In this document: positions 1 through 8,196 of the stretch, piece after piece
How positions within the stretch are numbered: position 1 is the stretch's first letter
Layout: each line of letters starts with the position of its first letter
Assembly: GCA_043754515.1 (NCBI GenBank)
Contig: JAYUUO010000153.1
Span: 1 to 36,464 of the forward strand
DNA length: 36,464 bases
Source: Armatimonadota bacterium
GTDB lineage: Bacteria > Armatimonadota > Armatimonadia > Armatimonadales > Armatimonadaceae
Reading direction: 5' to 3'
Program-made: the position numbers and the translations under genes
Notes under the pieces: generated by a model
What the model was told of the DNA's origin: nothing
Database searches by the model: none
The model's input: only the letters and a program-made list of their open reading frames with translations

Positions 1-404
1 CCGCTACCTGGGTCGTCGGCAAGCAGGAACCGCAGCGGCTGGCGCGGGAGCATTTCCTCGTAGACCGCCGTGATCTGGTGCGGCAACGGGATGATCTGCG
101 ACGAGTGAACCGCGAGCATCGGATCGAACAGGTGTGCTAAGCGAATACGCAACGCCTCGAAGACAAGCCGAAACCGCTCCCCGTCCGCGGTGAACGACAG
201 GAGCGTCCCCGCCTCGACGACTTCGAGGTCCGCCTCCTGGTCGCGGTAGACCAGCTCCGTCCCCGTCCGCCCCGCGCTGTCTTTGTAGACGACCTCGCAG
301 ATGTCGTCGGCGTGCCGCTTCACGTCCACGACGGTGATCGCCTCGTTGGGGAGGATGCCTCGAACACGGGCACCCTTCGTTATATCTCCAAGTTTTGCAG
401 CCAT
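1..404 (-). CDS. SNF2-family helicase, N-terminal part (runs off the left edge of the window)
   Basis: Own translation from ATG 404 (SD GGAGGT upstream): [31 protein letters not shown]...[58 protein letters not shown]. It has the PLPHQ Q-motif and the start of the LLADDPGxGKT Walker A. Not in the ORF track because the stop is outside the window. Confidence 0.9.
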   Translation of the reverse strand, partial: [134 protein letters not shown]

Positions 405-628
405 GATGTATGACCTCCGATCGGTAATGTCTGGCTGTCGGAATACAGATTCGTTCGGGCCAGCTTTGTAGACTGCTCGCGCGGTGCGACATACGGAAAG
501 GGGGATTGCAGTTATTGTACTAAAAAACGAGCGCGTTCGGCAAACGGTTGGTTACACGCCAGGACGCGCCGTGTGCCAGTGCGAAGGCAACTTTGTCACC
601 CCGATGGTGCGGGGGGCACTCAACTACC

Positions 629-1477
629 ATGAACGTTGCCCACACCTTCGCCGCCGCCACGGGCGGTCACAAGACCGTGCCCGCCGACTGGGCGTCCGCC
701 ACCGCCCTCTGCCCTCCGCTTCAAGACGACCCGTGTCTCGTCTGGCTTAAACTGCATGGGGACGCCCACAGGTTCGAGAAAGACGCCTCCCCCTATTCCT
801 TCCTCGATTTCATTGGCGACATAGGTAGCCGCTTTGAGGCGAAATGGATACGCGAGGTCACGCCCGAAGCCCTCGCCGCGAACGCCGCAGACCATGACGT
901 GCGCGGGGCAGACTCTCTGCGTCGGACCCTCGACCTGATGCGGCAGGAGGTGCCAGCAATAGCGAAGGCCGCGCTCTGGTGGTCTCCGTTCTCATCGTAC
1001 GGCACTGCCGACCTCATCGCCCGCACCTCGTGGGTCCGCAAGCAGTTCCCCTGCCTTGTTGAGCATATAGCAGACGGTCCAGGCCACTACTGCATTCTCG
1101 ACTGAAAGTTTCAGACCGACTTGGACAAACCGCGCAAAGGGCGAGCTTTACAACTCGATGCAATGCAAGTTCATCTTTACAGCGTGATGCTAGTCTTTAC
1201 AGCGTGATACTCTGCTTTACAGCGCGATGCTCGGCTCTTTACAGGGTGTCATTCAGCAGGCGGCGTTCCTCGTAACGCGCGACCACCCATTTAACCCGCT
1301 TCCCATCGCGGTGGATCACGAACTTGGAGGGCCGCTCGACCCCGAAACTGCGGACCTTATCAAAAACTACCAATGGATCGCGCGGAATGGTGGTCGCGTG
1401 ACCCCGTGGTCGTGCCCGCTCGTTCGCCCCAACTTCGCCAATCACGAAGACGCGCCCTGGTTAACAGCACGGCGAGT
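629..1477 (+). pseudogene. RecB-like / TM0106-type PD-(D/E)xK nuclease pseudogene
   Basis: Joining ORFs 548-1105 and 1227-1577 gives DPCLVWL...GSRFE...YGTADLI...HYCILD*KF...QVHLYSAMLGSLQG. There is an in-frame TGA at 1103-1105, a 40-bp duplication frameshift at 1175-1214, and 3' truncation near 1477. Confidence 0.65.
1175..1243 (+). repeat. Tandem ~20-bp repeat, core CTTTACAGCGyGAT (3 close copies plus a degenerate copy)
   Basis: ctttacagcgtgatgctagt (1175-1194), ctttacagcgtgatactctg (1195-1214), ctttacagcgcgatgctcggct (1215-1236), ctttacagggtg (from 1237). CTTTACA also occurs at 1146. Confidence 0.9.
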
Positions 1478-1684
1478 CAGTAGAGTGGGCAGAAGCAGGT
1501 TTGGGAGCGTTTTTTGCGTTTTTCACGAGGAGAAGAACGGGGCAGGGAGTACAGACTCAAAGACCCGACAAAACTGACCAATTGAAACTCTCAAGCCCTT
1601 ACACACTGATTTCAGGATGATAATACAGTCATAGACTGAAACCACACTCTGAGCACTCCATAGACACACGAAAACGCTGAATGT

Positions 1685-2095
1685 CTATGGCGACAAATTG
1701 GCTTCCCCGCTTGCTGATACACGACAGCGGGGGAACCTTTTCCTCTTACACATCGGGTTAAGAGTCGCATCATCAGGCAAACCATTCAGCGATTCAGCAA
1801 CATCCAAGCAGGTTTTATATTGGAGATGATCTGCCTGCGCCTTCACCGCACACTGGAGCCGCTCCGTCCACGGTTGTGTGTCTTCGTGCTTGTTAGGAAC
1901 GAACGAGAACCCATCATGTTGCCAGAGCATGATGTCGAATCCTGACGATCTGCCCTCCCATTCAACGGCAAGATCAATAACAGGAGCGAGCAGTTTCATC
2001 TCCGCTGCCTGAGCGCATTGCGCGAGGATCGACCTGACGCCCTTTTCGGGGGCACAATCGGGTGGGAACGGAATCCAGGTTCCATAGACGTTCAT
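1685..2095 (-). CDS. Hypothetical protein
   Basis: ORF from ATG 2095 (MNVYGTWIPF...) with a purine-rich upstream region. No recognised motif. Confidence 0.4.
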   Translation of the reverse strand: MNVYGTWIPFPPDCAPEKGVRSILAQCAQAAEMKLLAPVIDLAVEWEGRSSGFDIMLWQHDGFSFVPNKHEDTQPWTERLQCAVKAQADHLQYKTCLDVAESLNGLPDDATLNPMCKRKRFPRCRVSASGEANLSP

Positions 2096-2185
2096 TGCCC
2101 CGCCTGCCTCTATGACCTCGACTATCGCGTAGCAGTATCGTCGTAAAAGATACAAAGATCGGTTGAGGACTGTGAATAGTCAAGA

Positions 2186-2221
2186 GTGTACGCCGACGTG
2201 TCTCAGTGGTAGAGCAGCTGT
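2186..2221 (+). repeat. Inverted copy of the tRNA-Thr 5' half (6 nt of leader plus tRNA nt 1-30)
   Basis: gtgtacgccgacgtgtctcagtggtagagcagctgt matches the reverse complement of 5872-5907 at 35 of 36 positions. Confidence 0.9.
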
Positions 2222-3050
2222 ACCAATCCAGGAAGGCGACTAAATACACCCATCCACCGATAAGGCGTATATGGGTAATATCCGCCGGCAAGAACTGCGT
2301 TCTGCCTGACCCCATGCCTGGTTCGGACGGGCGATGATCAATCCACGCAACAGGTAAGGAAATACTCGATGCTCAGGGTTGTCCGACGGCTTCGATAGAT
2401 CAGGCTTAGCGAAGAGGGTCTCAATGCCCATCTCCCGCCGATAACGGCGGATGCGCGCAAATGGCCGCCATTTCGCTGAGTACGCCGCCCCGCCGTCAGT
2501 CCTTCATCAGCCAACATCCGCGTGATCTTGCGCGACCCCAAGAAGGGATGCTCGGTGTACCCAGCGAAACGGCGGAGCCATCTACGCACACTCGTCCAGG
2601 ACAGGCAGAACGAAGTTCTTGCCGGGGTGCTTGACGGCAACCTCCTGATCCTGAGCAGATCGCGGTTGATAGTATAGACTGCCCCGCGAGACGGAGAGTA
2701 ACTCCGCTTGCCAGAGGAGCGGCAGACCCGCCGCCGCGTCGCGCTCCACCAGTGCCCGCCGCGCTTCAAGCGTCAGGTTGTAGACAGAGAAATCCCCTCG
2801 GGGGATTTTCTTGACCGGATTTTTTTCCAGCCAGTTGACCTGGATGGTTAATTTCCCGATCTCTTGGTATAGCTCGGCGATCTTGGCTTCTTGAGTCTCA
2901 ACTTTTTCGTCCTTGACGGCACCACGTTCAAAAAGCGTGGGTAACTCGGTGGTCGCGATCTGCTTCCATTTGGTGATCAGATTCGGGTGTAACTAATGCT
3001 CCATCGCTAATTCGGACACAGTCTTGGCCTCCCCGAACACATACATAGCC
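2216..3050 (-). mobile_element. Degenerate IS3-family element (orfA and 5' part of orfB), pseudogenised
   Basis: OrfA-like: KTVSELAMEH*LHPNLITKWKQ...IAELYQEIGKLTIQVNWLEK, with an A7 tract at 2820-2826. OrfB-like: LSVSRGSLYY, YTEHPFLGSRKI, REMGIETLFAKPDLSK, FPYLLRGLII.RPNQAW, DITHIRL..GWVYLVAFLDWYS (first D of DDE). Contains stops, insertions and truncation. Confidence 0.88.
2286..2815. repeat. Five 23-30-nt palindromic micro-insertions (two families twice each, one singleton)
   Basis: A: cggcaagaactgcgttctgcctg (2286-2308) and the inverted caggcagaacgaagttcttgccg (2602-2624). B: gcgcgcaaatggccgccatttcgctg (2453-2478) and the inverted cagcgaaacggcggagccatctacgcac (2562-2589). C: agagaaatcccctcgggggattttctt (2786-2812), flanked by gac on both sides. 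Confidence 0.75.
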
Positions 3051-3057
3051 GTGCGTA

Positions 3058-3360
3058 CTACCCCGCTTCACTCGGCGCGGTCGCGCCATCTTCCCCTAAG
3101 AGCCAAGCGGCAGAACAATTGAGTGCTCTGGCCAGGTGAAGGAGCTCTATGTCGAGAATGCCACGGCGACCAGACTCTACGCGCAGAACCTCCTGAGCGG
3201 CTGGATTCCATATCCCACTGCTTACATAAGCTACCTTGGCTGTTAACTCCTGCTGGGTCATCCCCAGGGCTAGCCGCCGCTCCTTGACTCTGATGCCCGC
3301 GACATTCGCGCGGACTCCTTCTTCATCGGTCGCGCGCGGTCGGGCTGGCCCTCTCGGCAT
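3058..3360 (-). CDS. XRE/Cro-CI-family helix-turn-helix regulator
   Basis: GIRVKERRLALGMTQQELTAKV...VLRVESGRR...ELLHLARALNCSAAWLLG is an HTH_3 pattern. It is divergent from xis-int. Confidence 0.85.
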   Translation of the reverse strand: MPRGPARPRATDEEGVRANVAGIRVKERRLALGMTQQELTAKVAYVSSGIWNPAAQEVLRVESGRRGILDIELLHLARALNCSAAWLLGEDGATAPSEAG

Positions 3361-4245
3361 ATCTCTATCCTGACTGTCCTAATTCTCCAGCATGATAACA
3401 CCTCCAAGAAAAATACTTATGCCAAAGTTGGCATATTCTGTGATTAGGGCTTATAATGACGCGAAGATACTCAATCGTCAAGCCCGTAGCCACAACGCTG
3501 ACGTGCGGCAAGCGCGCATTCATGCGACAAGTATCACTGGTGAAAATGCGATTATAGCAACTCTAGCAGGGATAAGGGAGGAGAATGAGGAACATACATC
3601 GCCCGAATAGCAGCGGACTTGTGTACGGAACCATACTGATCGAGACCGACGAGGATGGTACAGAAACGGTTGTATCGCACGAGTTGGTTTGTCGCGCGAG
3701 ATCAACGACACTCAAGGACGGCACCTTGCGATGGTTACGGACGACGAGGGCAAACGCCTGAAAGAGATACTAACGGGTGCCTGCGATGAGACAACGGACG
3801 TATCTGCCGCCCTCATTGTTGCCAGTGACGAGGGCTACGAGAGTGTCTCTACGATCTACGTGACACCCGACGCAGGATTTCTGGATCATCACGTCTTGTA
3901 TTGAGGATGATACTCACATTCTCCGCTTGAAAGGCCCGACTGACATCGAACTAGCACGTAACCACAGTACACTCTGTTTGGATGACGATGGATACCACAC
4001 CCAGGTCCGTCTATATCGCTCAGTGCTGTGGCAGTGACGGACAACGGTGAATTGAACCAGGACTGCCTGAGACGCAATTGGAGAGAGCAGATACAAGGCG
4101 CATAGAAAGCCTACTATCCCAGTACCCTCGGGGTGGGATGTGCATCCCAACCCGCAATTTTACTTGTTTTTCGCGTTTATGTTCGATTTAAGGTTTTAAT
4201 GGCAGGACTACACCTCCGTCGCATATCGCGATAGGAGAAAGCCGA

Positions 4246-4449
4246 ATGAACCAACAACCAATCCTGCTTCGCGTCGGCGAAGCAGCTAAACTACTGAGTG
4301 TGAGTCGCTCCCGCGCCTATGAGCTTATCCATCAAGGGAAAATCCCATCCCTCGATCTTGGTGGCACGATTCGCGTCCCCTATGACGCACTCCAGGCGAT
4401 TGTGCGCGACTCACTCCAACCGAAAGAAGGCAAATATGCCGTGCGCTAA
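4246..4449 (+). CDS. xis: Excisionase / HTH_17 DNA-binding protein
   Basis: LLRVGEAAKLLSVSRSRAYELIHQGKIPSLDLGGTIRVP. SD AGGAG upstream. Overlaps the integrase start. Confidence 0.88.
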   Translation: MNQQPILLRVGEAAKLLSVSRSRAYELIHQGKIPSLDLGGTIRVPYDALQAIVRDSLQPKEGKYAVR

Positions 4450-5626
4450 AAAAGAACAGGAAGAGCAACAGAGCACGCGTCGCGGATACGGGGAGGGTCA
4501 ACTGTACCAAAATGAAGACCGCGGCTCGTGGTACGGGCGCGTTTCCTTAGGCCACGGTCCAGATGGGAAGAGAGTTCGGAAACTTTTTACGGGCAAAACT
4601 CAAGCTGAAGTTAGGAGGCATATACGGGAGGCATTGCAGTCACGTGACAAGGGACTCCCTGTGGCCGACGAAAAGCTGACAGTGAGGAAGTTCATGTATG
4701 ACTGGCTGGACATCCAGCTGAAGTCTGAACTGGCCCCTCGCACTAAAACGAGCTACGAACAGATTGTTCGCTGCCATATCGTGATAGGTCTCGGCGGATA
4801 CAAGCTGACCGAATTAGACGCTATGACGATAGATCGTTTCCTTAACGAGAAGCGCCAAGAAGTATCGGCGCAAACGGTCATCTACATCCGCCGCGTCCTG
4901 CACAACGCGATGAACTACGCACTAAAATGTGACAAGGTGGCACGTAATGTCGTGGCCCTGACAGAGAGACGAAAGCGTGCCGAAGCCGATAAGAAAGTAT
5001 TTTCGGAAGAGCTGGCGCGGCAACTGTTCGTGGCCTTCGCCGAACATCGCTACGGTGCGCTCTACGCGACTCTTCTCGGTCTCGGGTTGCGTCTGGGAGA
5101 GGGCCTCGGTTTACGGTGGTCTGACCTGGAACTGGACTGTGAAAGTCCGTTTGTCCGAGTTCAGGTTCAGCTCCAATTTCTTGGCGGCGAGTACAAACTC
5201 ACACAACCTAAGAGCAAATTAAGTCGCCGAACACTCTATTTGCCCACGAAAGTCGCGCAGGTTTTGCGCGAGCATCGGATACAACAGGAAACCGTTGTGA
5301 AGCCACTGGCAGGCGCGCAGTGGACGAACAAATTCGGCTTGGTTTTCGCGAATACTTTGGGCGGCCCACTCGACCATGCGAGGGTCAGGCAGCGTTATAA
5401 GGAGCTACTTAACAGGCACTGCATCGACGCTGTGCCCCGCCTCCATGACCTTCGGCATATGTTTGGTAGCTTGCTAATCTCTCGAAATATACACGCGAGG
5501 GTCGTCCAGGAAATGCTCGGTCATTCCACGTGTGTACTCACACTCGACCGATATTCCCATATAAACCCCAGGGACATCGCGAGTGCCGCAGCGGCCCTGG
5601 ATCGTGCATTTGGGTACGACGAATGA
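4436..5626 (+). CDS. int: Tyrosine recombinase / phage-ICE integrase
   Basis: N-terminal RRGYGEG..Y...W.GRV arm-binding segment. Catalytic motifs GLRLGE (R), PKS (K), LHDLRH (HxxR), MLGHS (H), TLDRYSH (Y). ATG 4436 is more plausible than the ORF-track start at 4319. Confidence 0.95.
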   Translation: MPCAKKEQEEQQSTRRGYGEGQLYQNEDRGSWYGRVSLGHGPDGKRVRKLFTGKTQAEVRRHIREALQSRDKGLPVADEKLTVRKFMYDWLDIQLKSELAPRTKTSYEQIVRCHIVIGLGGYKLTELDAMTIDRFLNEKRQEVSAQTVIYIRRVLHNAMNYALKCDKVARNVVALTERRKRAEADKKVFSEELARQLFVAFAEHRYGALYATLLGLGLRLGEGLGLRWSDLELDCESPFVRVQVQLQFLGGEYKLTQPKSKLSRRTLYLPTKVAQVLREHRIQQETVVKPLAGAQWTNKFGLVFANTLGGPLDHARVRQRYKELLNRHCIDAVPRLHDLRHMFGSLLISRNIHARVVQEMLGHSTCVLTLDRYSHINPRDIASAAAALDRAFGYDE

Positions 5627-5649
5627 CCGATCGCAGGCCCAGACAACTC

Positions 5650-5690
5650 AGCCGAGGCTCCCAAAGGGAGGCTCGGCTATTTCTTGTTAT
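5650..5690 (+). terminator. Probable intrinsic terminator downstream of int
   Basis: Hairpin agccgag-gctccc-aaa-gggagg-ctcggct followed by atttcttgtt. Confidence 0.6.
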
Positions 5691-5739
5691 CTTGTTATCG
5701 GCCGTCCACGCCGAGCGGTTTAGACACTTTCAAATCCGA

Positions 5740-5761
5740 TGGACACAAAATGGACACAAAA
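5740..5761 (+). repeat. Tandem 11-bp direct repeat TGGACACAAAA x2, likely integrase arm-type sites
   Basis: Exact copies at 5740-5750 and 5751-5761, and a degenerate tagacacttt at 5721-5730. Located between the int stop and the tRNA 3' end. Confidence 0.6.
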
Positions 5762-5829
5762 GAAAAAACGGCACCCAGTTAGGTACCGTTGTTGTGGACT
5801 TATGACTGTTTTTGATAGCTGTTGGTAAG

Positions 5830-5901
5830 GGCCGACGAGGGGATTCGAACCCCTGACCTGCTGTTTACGAAACAGCTGCTCTACCACTGAGCCACGTCGG
5901 C
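5830..5901 (-). tRNA. tRNA-Thr (anticodon CGT)
   Basis: GCCGACG-TG-GCTCAGTGGTAGAGC-A-GCTGT-TTCGTAA-ACAGC-AGGTC-AGGGG-TTCGAAT-CCCCT-CGTCGGC-C folds as a full cloverleaf. CCA is not encoded directly after the discriminator. Confidence 0.96.
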
Positions 5902-5923
5902 GTACACACACAAAGCACGCGAA

Positions 5924-5952
5924 AGTGTACCACCCGATTAATGCCTTGTCAA
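5924..5952 (-). promoter_or_regulatory. Sigma70-type promoter of tRNA-Thr
   Basis: TTGACA (5952-5947), 17 nt, TACACT (5929-5924), with TG upstream of the -10. Confidence 0.8.
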
Positions 5953-6028
5953 CGGCGACGGCACGCTGTTTTGCCCCACGTTCCCTCTTGGTCCGGGGTG
6001 CTCCGATGAGCGGTGACGACACCACGAC

Positions 6029-6057
6029 TTGACATCCGACCGCCGCGCGGGTATTCT
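6029..6057 (+). promoter_or_regulatory. Sigma70-type promoter of the riboswitch-eriC transcript
   Basis: TTGACA (6029-6034), 17 nt, TATTCT (6052-6057). Predicted start near 6063. Confidence 0.75.
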
Positions 6058-6062
6058 GAAGC

Positions 6063-6150
6063 GGGCATAGATTTCGCCCCGCGCGGTGACCGCCGCCGAA
6101 CCGCCTCTCGCAACGACCCGACTCACCGCGCAACAGCTGATGATTTCTAC
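6063..6150 (+). ncRNA. Candidate fluoride (crcB-motif) riboswitch
   Basis: 5' hairpin GGGC-ATAGATTTC-GCCC, AACCGC (6099-6104) and GCTGATGATTTCTAC (6136-6150) resemble crcB-motif landmarks. It begins at the predicted TSS upstream of a CLC-F gene. P1 is atypical. Confidence 0.65.
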
Positions 6151-6264
6151 GGTAACTCGCCGCGATCGCGCGGCACACACGCCGTAGGTGTCGCGCGTTC
6201 CTCTACGGCATACGTCCGAGGTACGCGCGCAGGAAACCGCGCACGCCCGAAAGGAAATCCGCCC

Positions 6265-7569
6265 GTGCCGTTCCGATTCGACGCCCGCGAACAACGCGCC
6301 CTTGCCACCGCCGCTCTGAAATGGGGACTGCTCGGCTCCTTAGTCGGTATCTTTTGTGGCACGGCTTCCGCGTCGTTTTTGTATGCCCTCGACGCCGCGA
6401 CTGCACTCCGAGAGACGTATGGATGGCTCCTGTTTCTGCTACCGGTCGGCGGGCTGATCGTCGCGTTTGCCTATGACCGCTTCGGCGAGTCCGTCGCGGC
6501 GGGCAACAACCTGCTGATTGACGTCATCCACGCCGAGAGTGACACCGTGACGCCGATCCCGCTACGCATGGCACCGCTGATCCTGTTCGGCACCGTGGTC
6601 ACTCATCTCTTCGGCGGCTCGGCGGGGCGCGAAGGGACGGCGGTGCAGATGGGCGGGTCGCTCGCCTCTGCCCTCGCGAAACCACTGGGCCTGGACCACC
6701 GCGACCACCGGATCCTGCTCATGGCGGGCATCGGCGGGGGTTTCAGCTCCGTTTTCGGGACTCCGCTCGCGGGCACCGTGTTCGCGCTCGAAGTCCTGTC
6801 CATCGGCACGCTACGCTACGAGGCACTCGCGGCGTGCTTCGCGGCCGCTACCGTGGGTGACATCACCTGCCGCGCGCTCGGCATCGTCCACCACGTCTAT
6901 ACGGTCGGTAGTGTCCCCGCGTTGACGCCTCTTATGTGGGCACTGATCCTGTTCGCCGGGGTGCTGTTCGCGGTGGCAGCGGTGGCGTTCGGCGAACTCA
7001 CCGAGGCGGTCGCGCATGTCGCGCGGGAGCACGTCAAGAACCCGCTTGCGCGCCCTGCCCTCGGCGGCATCGTCGTCATCGCGCTGACCTACCTGGTGCA
7101 ATCGCGGGAATACCTGGGCCTGTCGCTCCCGCTGATTGAACGCTCGTTCACGCCGGGCGGGGTCGTATTCTGGGCGTTCGCGCTTAAACTCCTGTTCACG
7201 AGCGTGACGCTCGGCACCGGTTTCAAGGGCGGCGAAGTGACGCCACTGTTTGGCATCGGGGCGACGCTCGGGTCGGCGTTCGCCCGCTTAACGCACCAGC
7301 CGACCGGCTTCTTCGCCGCGCTCGGTTTCGCCGCCGTGTTCGCGGGCGCGGCGAACACGCCGCTCGCGTGCGTCCTGATGGGGATCGAACTGTTCGGGGC
7401 GGGGATGGCGGTGCCGCTCATGACGGTGTGTCTACTCGCGTACCTCCTGTCCGGGCACCGGGGCATTTACGGCTCGCAACGCATCGGGGTTTCCAAAACG
7501 GACGGGATTGCTATATCGGATCGCGCGGTGGTACGCGGTTTCCAGGCGGTCGGGGCGGAGAAGGAATAG
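6265..7569 (+). CDS. eriC: CLC-F subfamily fluoride/H+ antiporter (voltage-gated chloride channel family)
   Basis: CLC-F signature motifs GNNLL, GREGT and GEVTP. GTG 6265 has SD AAGGA. The ORF-track extension to 6013 runs through the promoter and riboswitch. Confidence 0.9.
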   Translation: MPFRFDAREQRALATAALKWGLLGSLVGIFCGTASASFLYALDAATALRETYGWLLFLLPVGGLIVAFAYDRFGESVAAGNNLLIDVIHAESDTVTPIPLRMAPLILFGTVVTHLFGGSAGREGTAVQMGGSLASALAKPLGLDHRDHRILLMAGIGGGFSSVFGTPLAGTVFALEVLSIGTLRYEALAACFAAATVGDITCRALGIVHHVYTVGSVPALTPLMWALILFAGVLFAVAAVAFGELTEAVAHVAREHVKNPLARPALGGIVVIALTYLVQSREYLGLSLPLIERSFTPGGVVFWAFALKLLFTSVTLGTGFKGGEVTPLFGIGATLGSAFARLTHQPTGFFAALGFAAVFAGAANTPLACVLMGIELFGAGMAVPLMTVCLLAYLLSGHRGIYGSQRIGVSKTDGIAISDRAVVRGFQAVGAEKE

Positions 7570-7573
7570 GGCC

Positions 7574-8191
7574 GTGAACGAACCAATCGCGAACACCGAG
7601 CAGGGCGAGTCGCGCCGCGCCGCTCTGCTCCGGCGCGGAATATTGCTGGAACGGCTGACGCTCGCCTGGAATGTCGTCGGCTTCGGGGTCGTGTTCTGGG
7701 CGGCGTGGCGGGCGCGGTCCGTCGCGCTCGCCGGGTTCGGCCTCGACTCGCTGATCGAAATCGGCGCGTCCGCCGTGGTGCTCTGGGAACTGTCCAGTAC
7801 GGGTAAGGGGTGCGAGAAGCGGGCGTTGCGACTGATAGGCGGGGCGTTCATGGCACTCGCCGCATACATCCTAGCGCAGTCGGTGTTCGCCCTGCTCGCG
7901 CGAATACGTCCCGACACCTCGCCGGCCGGGATTGTCTGGCTCGCGTTCACGGTGGTTGCAATGCTAGCACTGGCGTGGGGCAAGGCGGTCACGGGCGCGG
8001 AACTTGGCAACCCGGTGCTACAGACCGAAGGGCGCGTCACACTGATAGACGCGCTCCTCGCGGCGGCGGTTCTCGTTAGCCTGCTCCTGAACACGTGCCT
8101 CGGTTGGTGGTGGGCGGACCCGGTCGCGAGTCTGGTGATCGTGTTCTACGGGGTCAAGGAAGGCATCCACTCGTGGAGGGAGGGGGCATGA
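7574..8191 (+). CDS. Cation efflux (CDF-like) membrane protein lacking the cytoplasmic C-terminal domain
   Basis: About 6 TM segments. LAWNVV, SVALAGFGLDSLIE, WWWADPVASLVI motifs. GTG 4 nt after the eriC stop, with SD AAGGA. Confidence 0.78.
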   Translation: MNEPIANTEQGESRRAALLRRGILLERLTLAWNVVGFGVVFWAAWRARSVALAGFGLDSLIEIGASAVVLWELSSTGKGCEKRALRLIGGAFMALAAYILAQSVFALLARIRPDTSPAGIVWLAFTVVAMLALAWGKAVTGAELGNPVLQTEGRVTLIDALLAAAVLVSLLLNTCLGWWWADPVASLVIVFYGVKEGIHSWREGA

Positions 8192-8196
8192 GCAGG

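Larger units (their letters stand above)
1..5830. mobile_element. Right end of an integrative element / genomic island at tRNA-Thr
   Basis: XRE-xis-int module ends about 200 bp from the tRNA 3' end. Arm-type repeats, pseudogenes and visibly lower GC than the flank. The left boundary is outside the window. Confidence 0.85.

Noticed and set aside
4..492. 162-aa minus-strand ORF from the track
   Set aside because: It is an alternative frame overlapping the real SNF2 helicase frame, which has an SD and conserved motifs.
1103..1105. TGA as selenocysteine or recoded Trp
   Set aside because: TGA terminates normal genes here (int, rlmH), and the same gene is also frameshifted and truncated.
1146..1250. 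CTTTACA repeats as a CRISPR array or iterons
   Set aside because: Units are contiguous with no unique spacers, no cas or rep gene is nearby, and they are explained as an intragenic duplication.
1478..1608. Possible MITE or IS end at the nuclease truncation (cagtagagtgggc ... gcccttacacactg)
   Set aside because: Terminal complementarity is too weak and no target duplication is seen.
3392..4150. Short ORFs between the XRE gene and xis
   Set aside because: No recognisable motif and frames are broken by stops. Possibly a decayed gene, but not supportable.
6013..6264. N-terminal extension of the CLC ORF (likewise 4319-4435, 25023-25244, 25885-26073, 31952-32239)
   Set aside because: These run through promoters, leaders or neighbouring genes. 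Downstream starts fit SD positions or family N-termini better.
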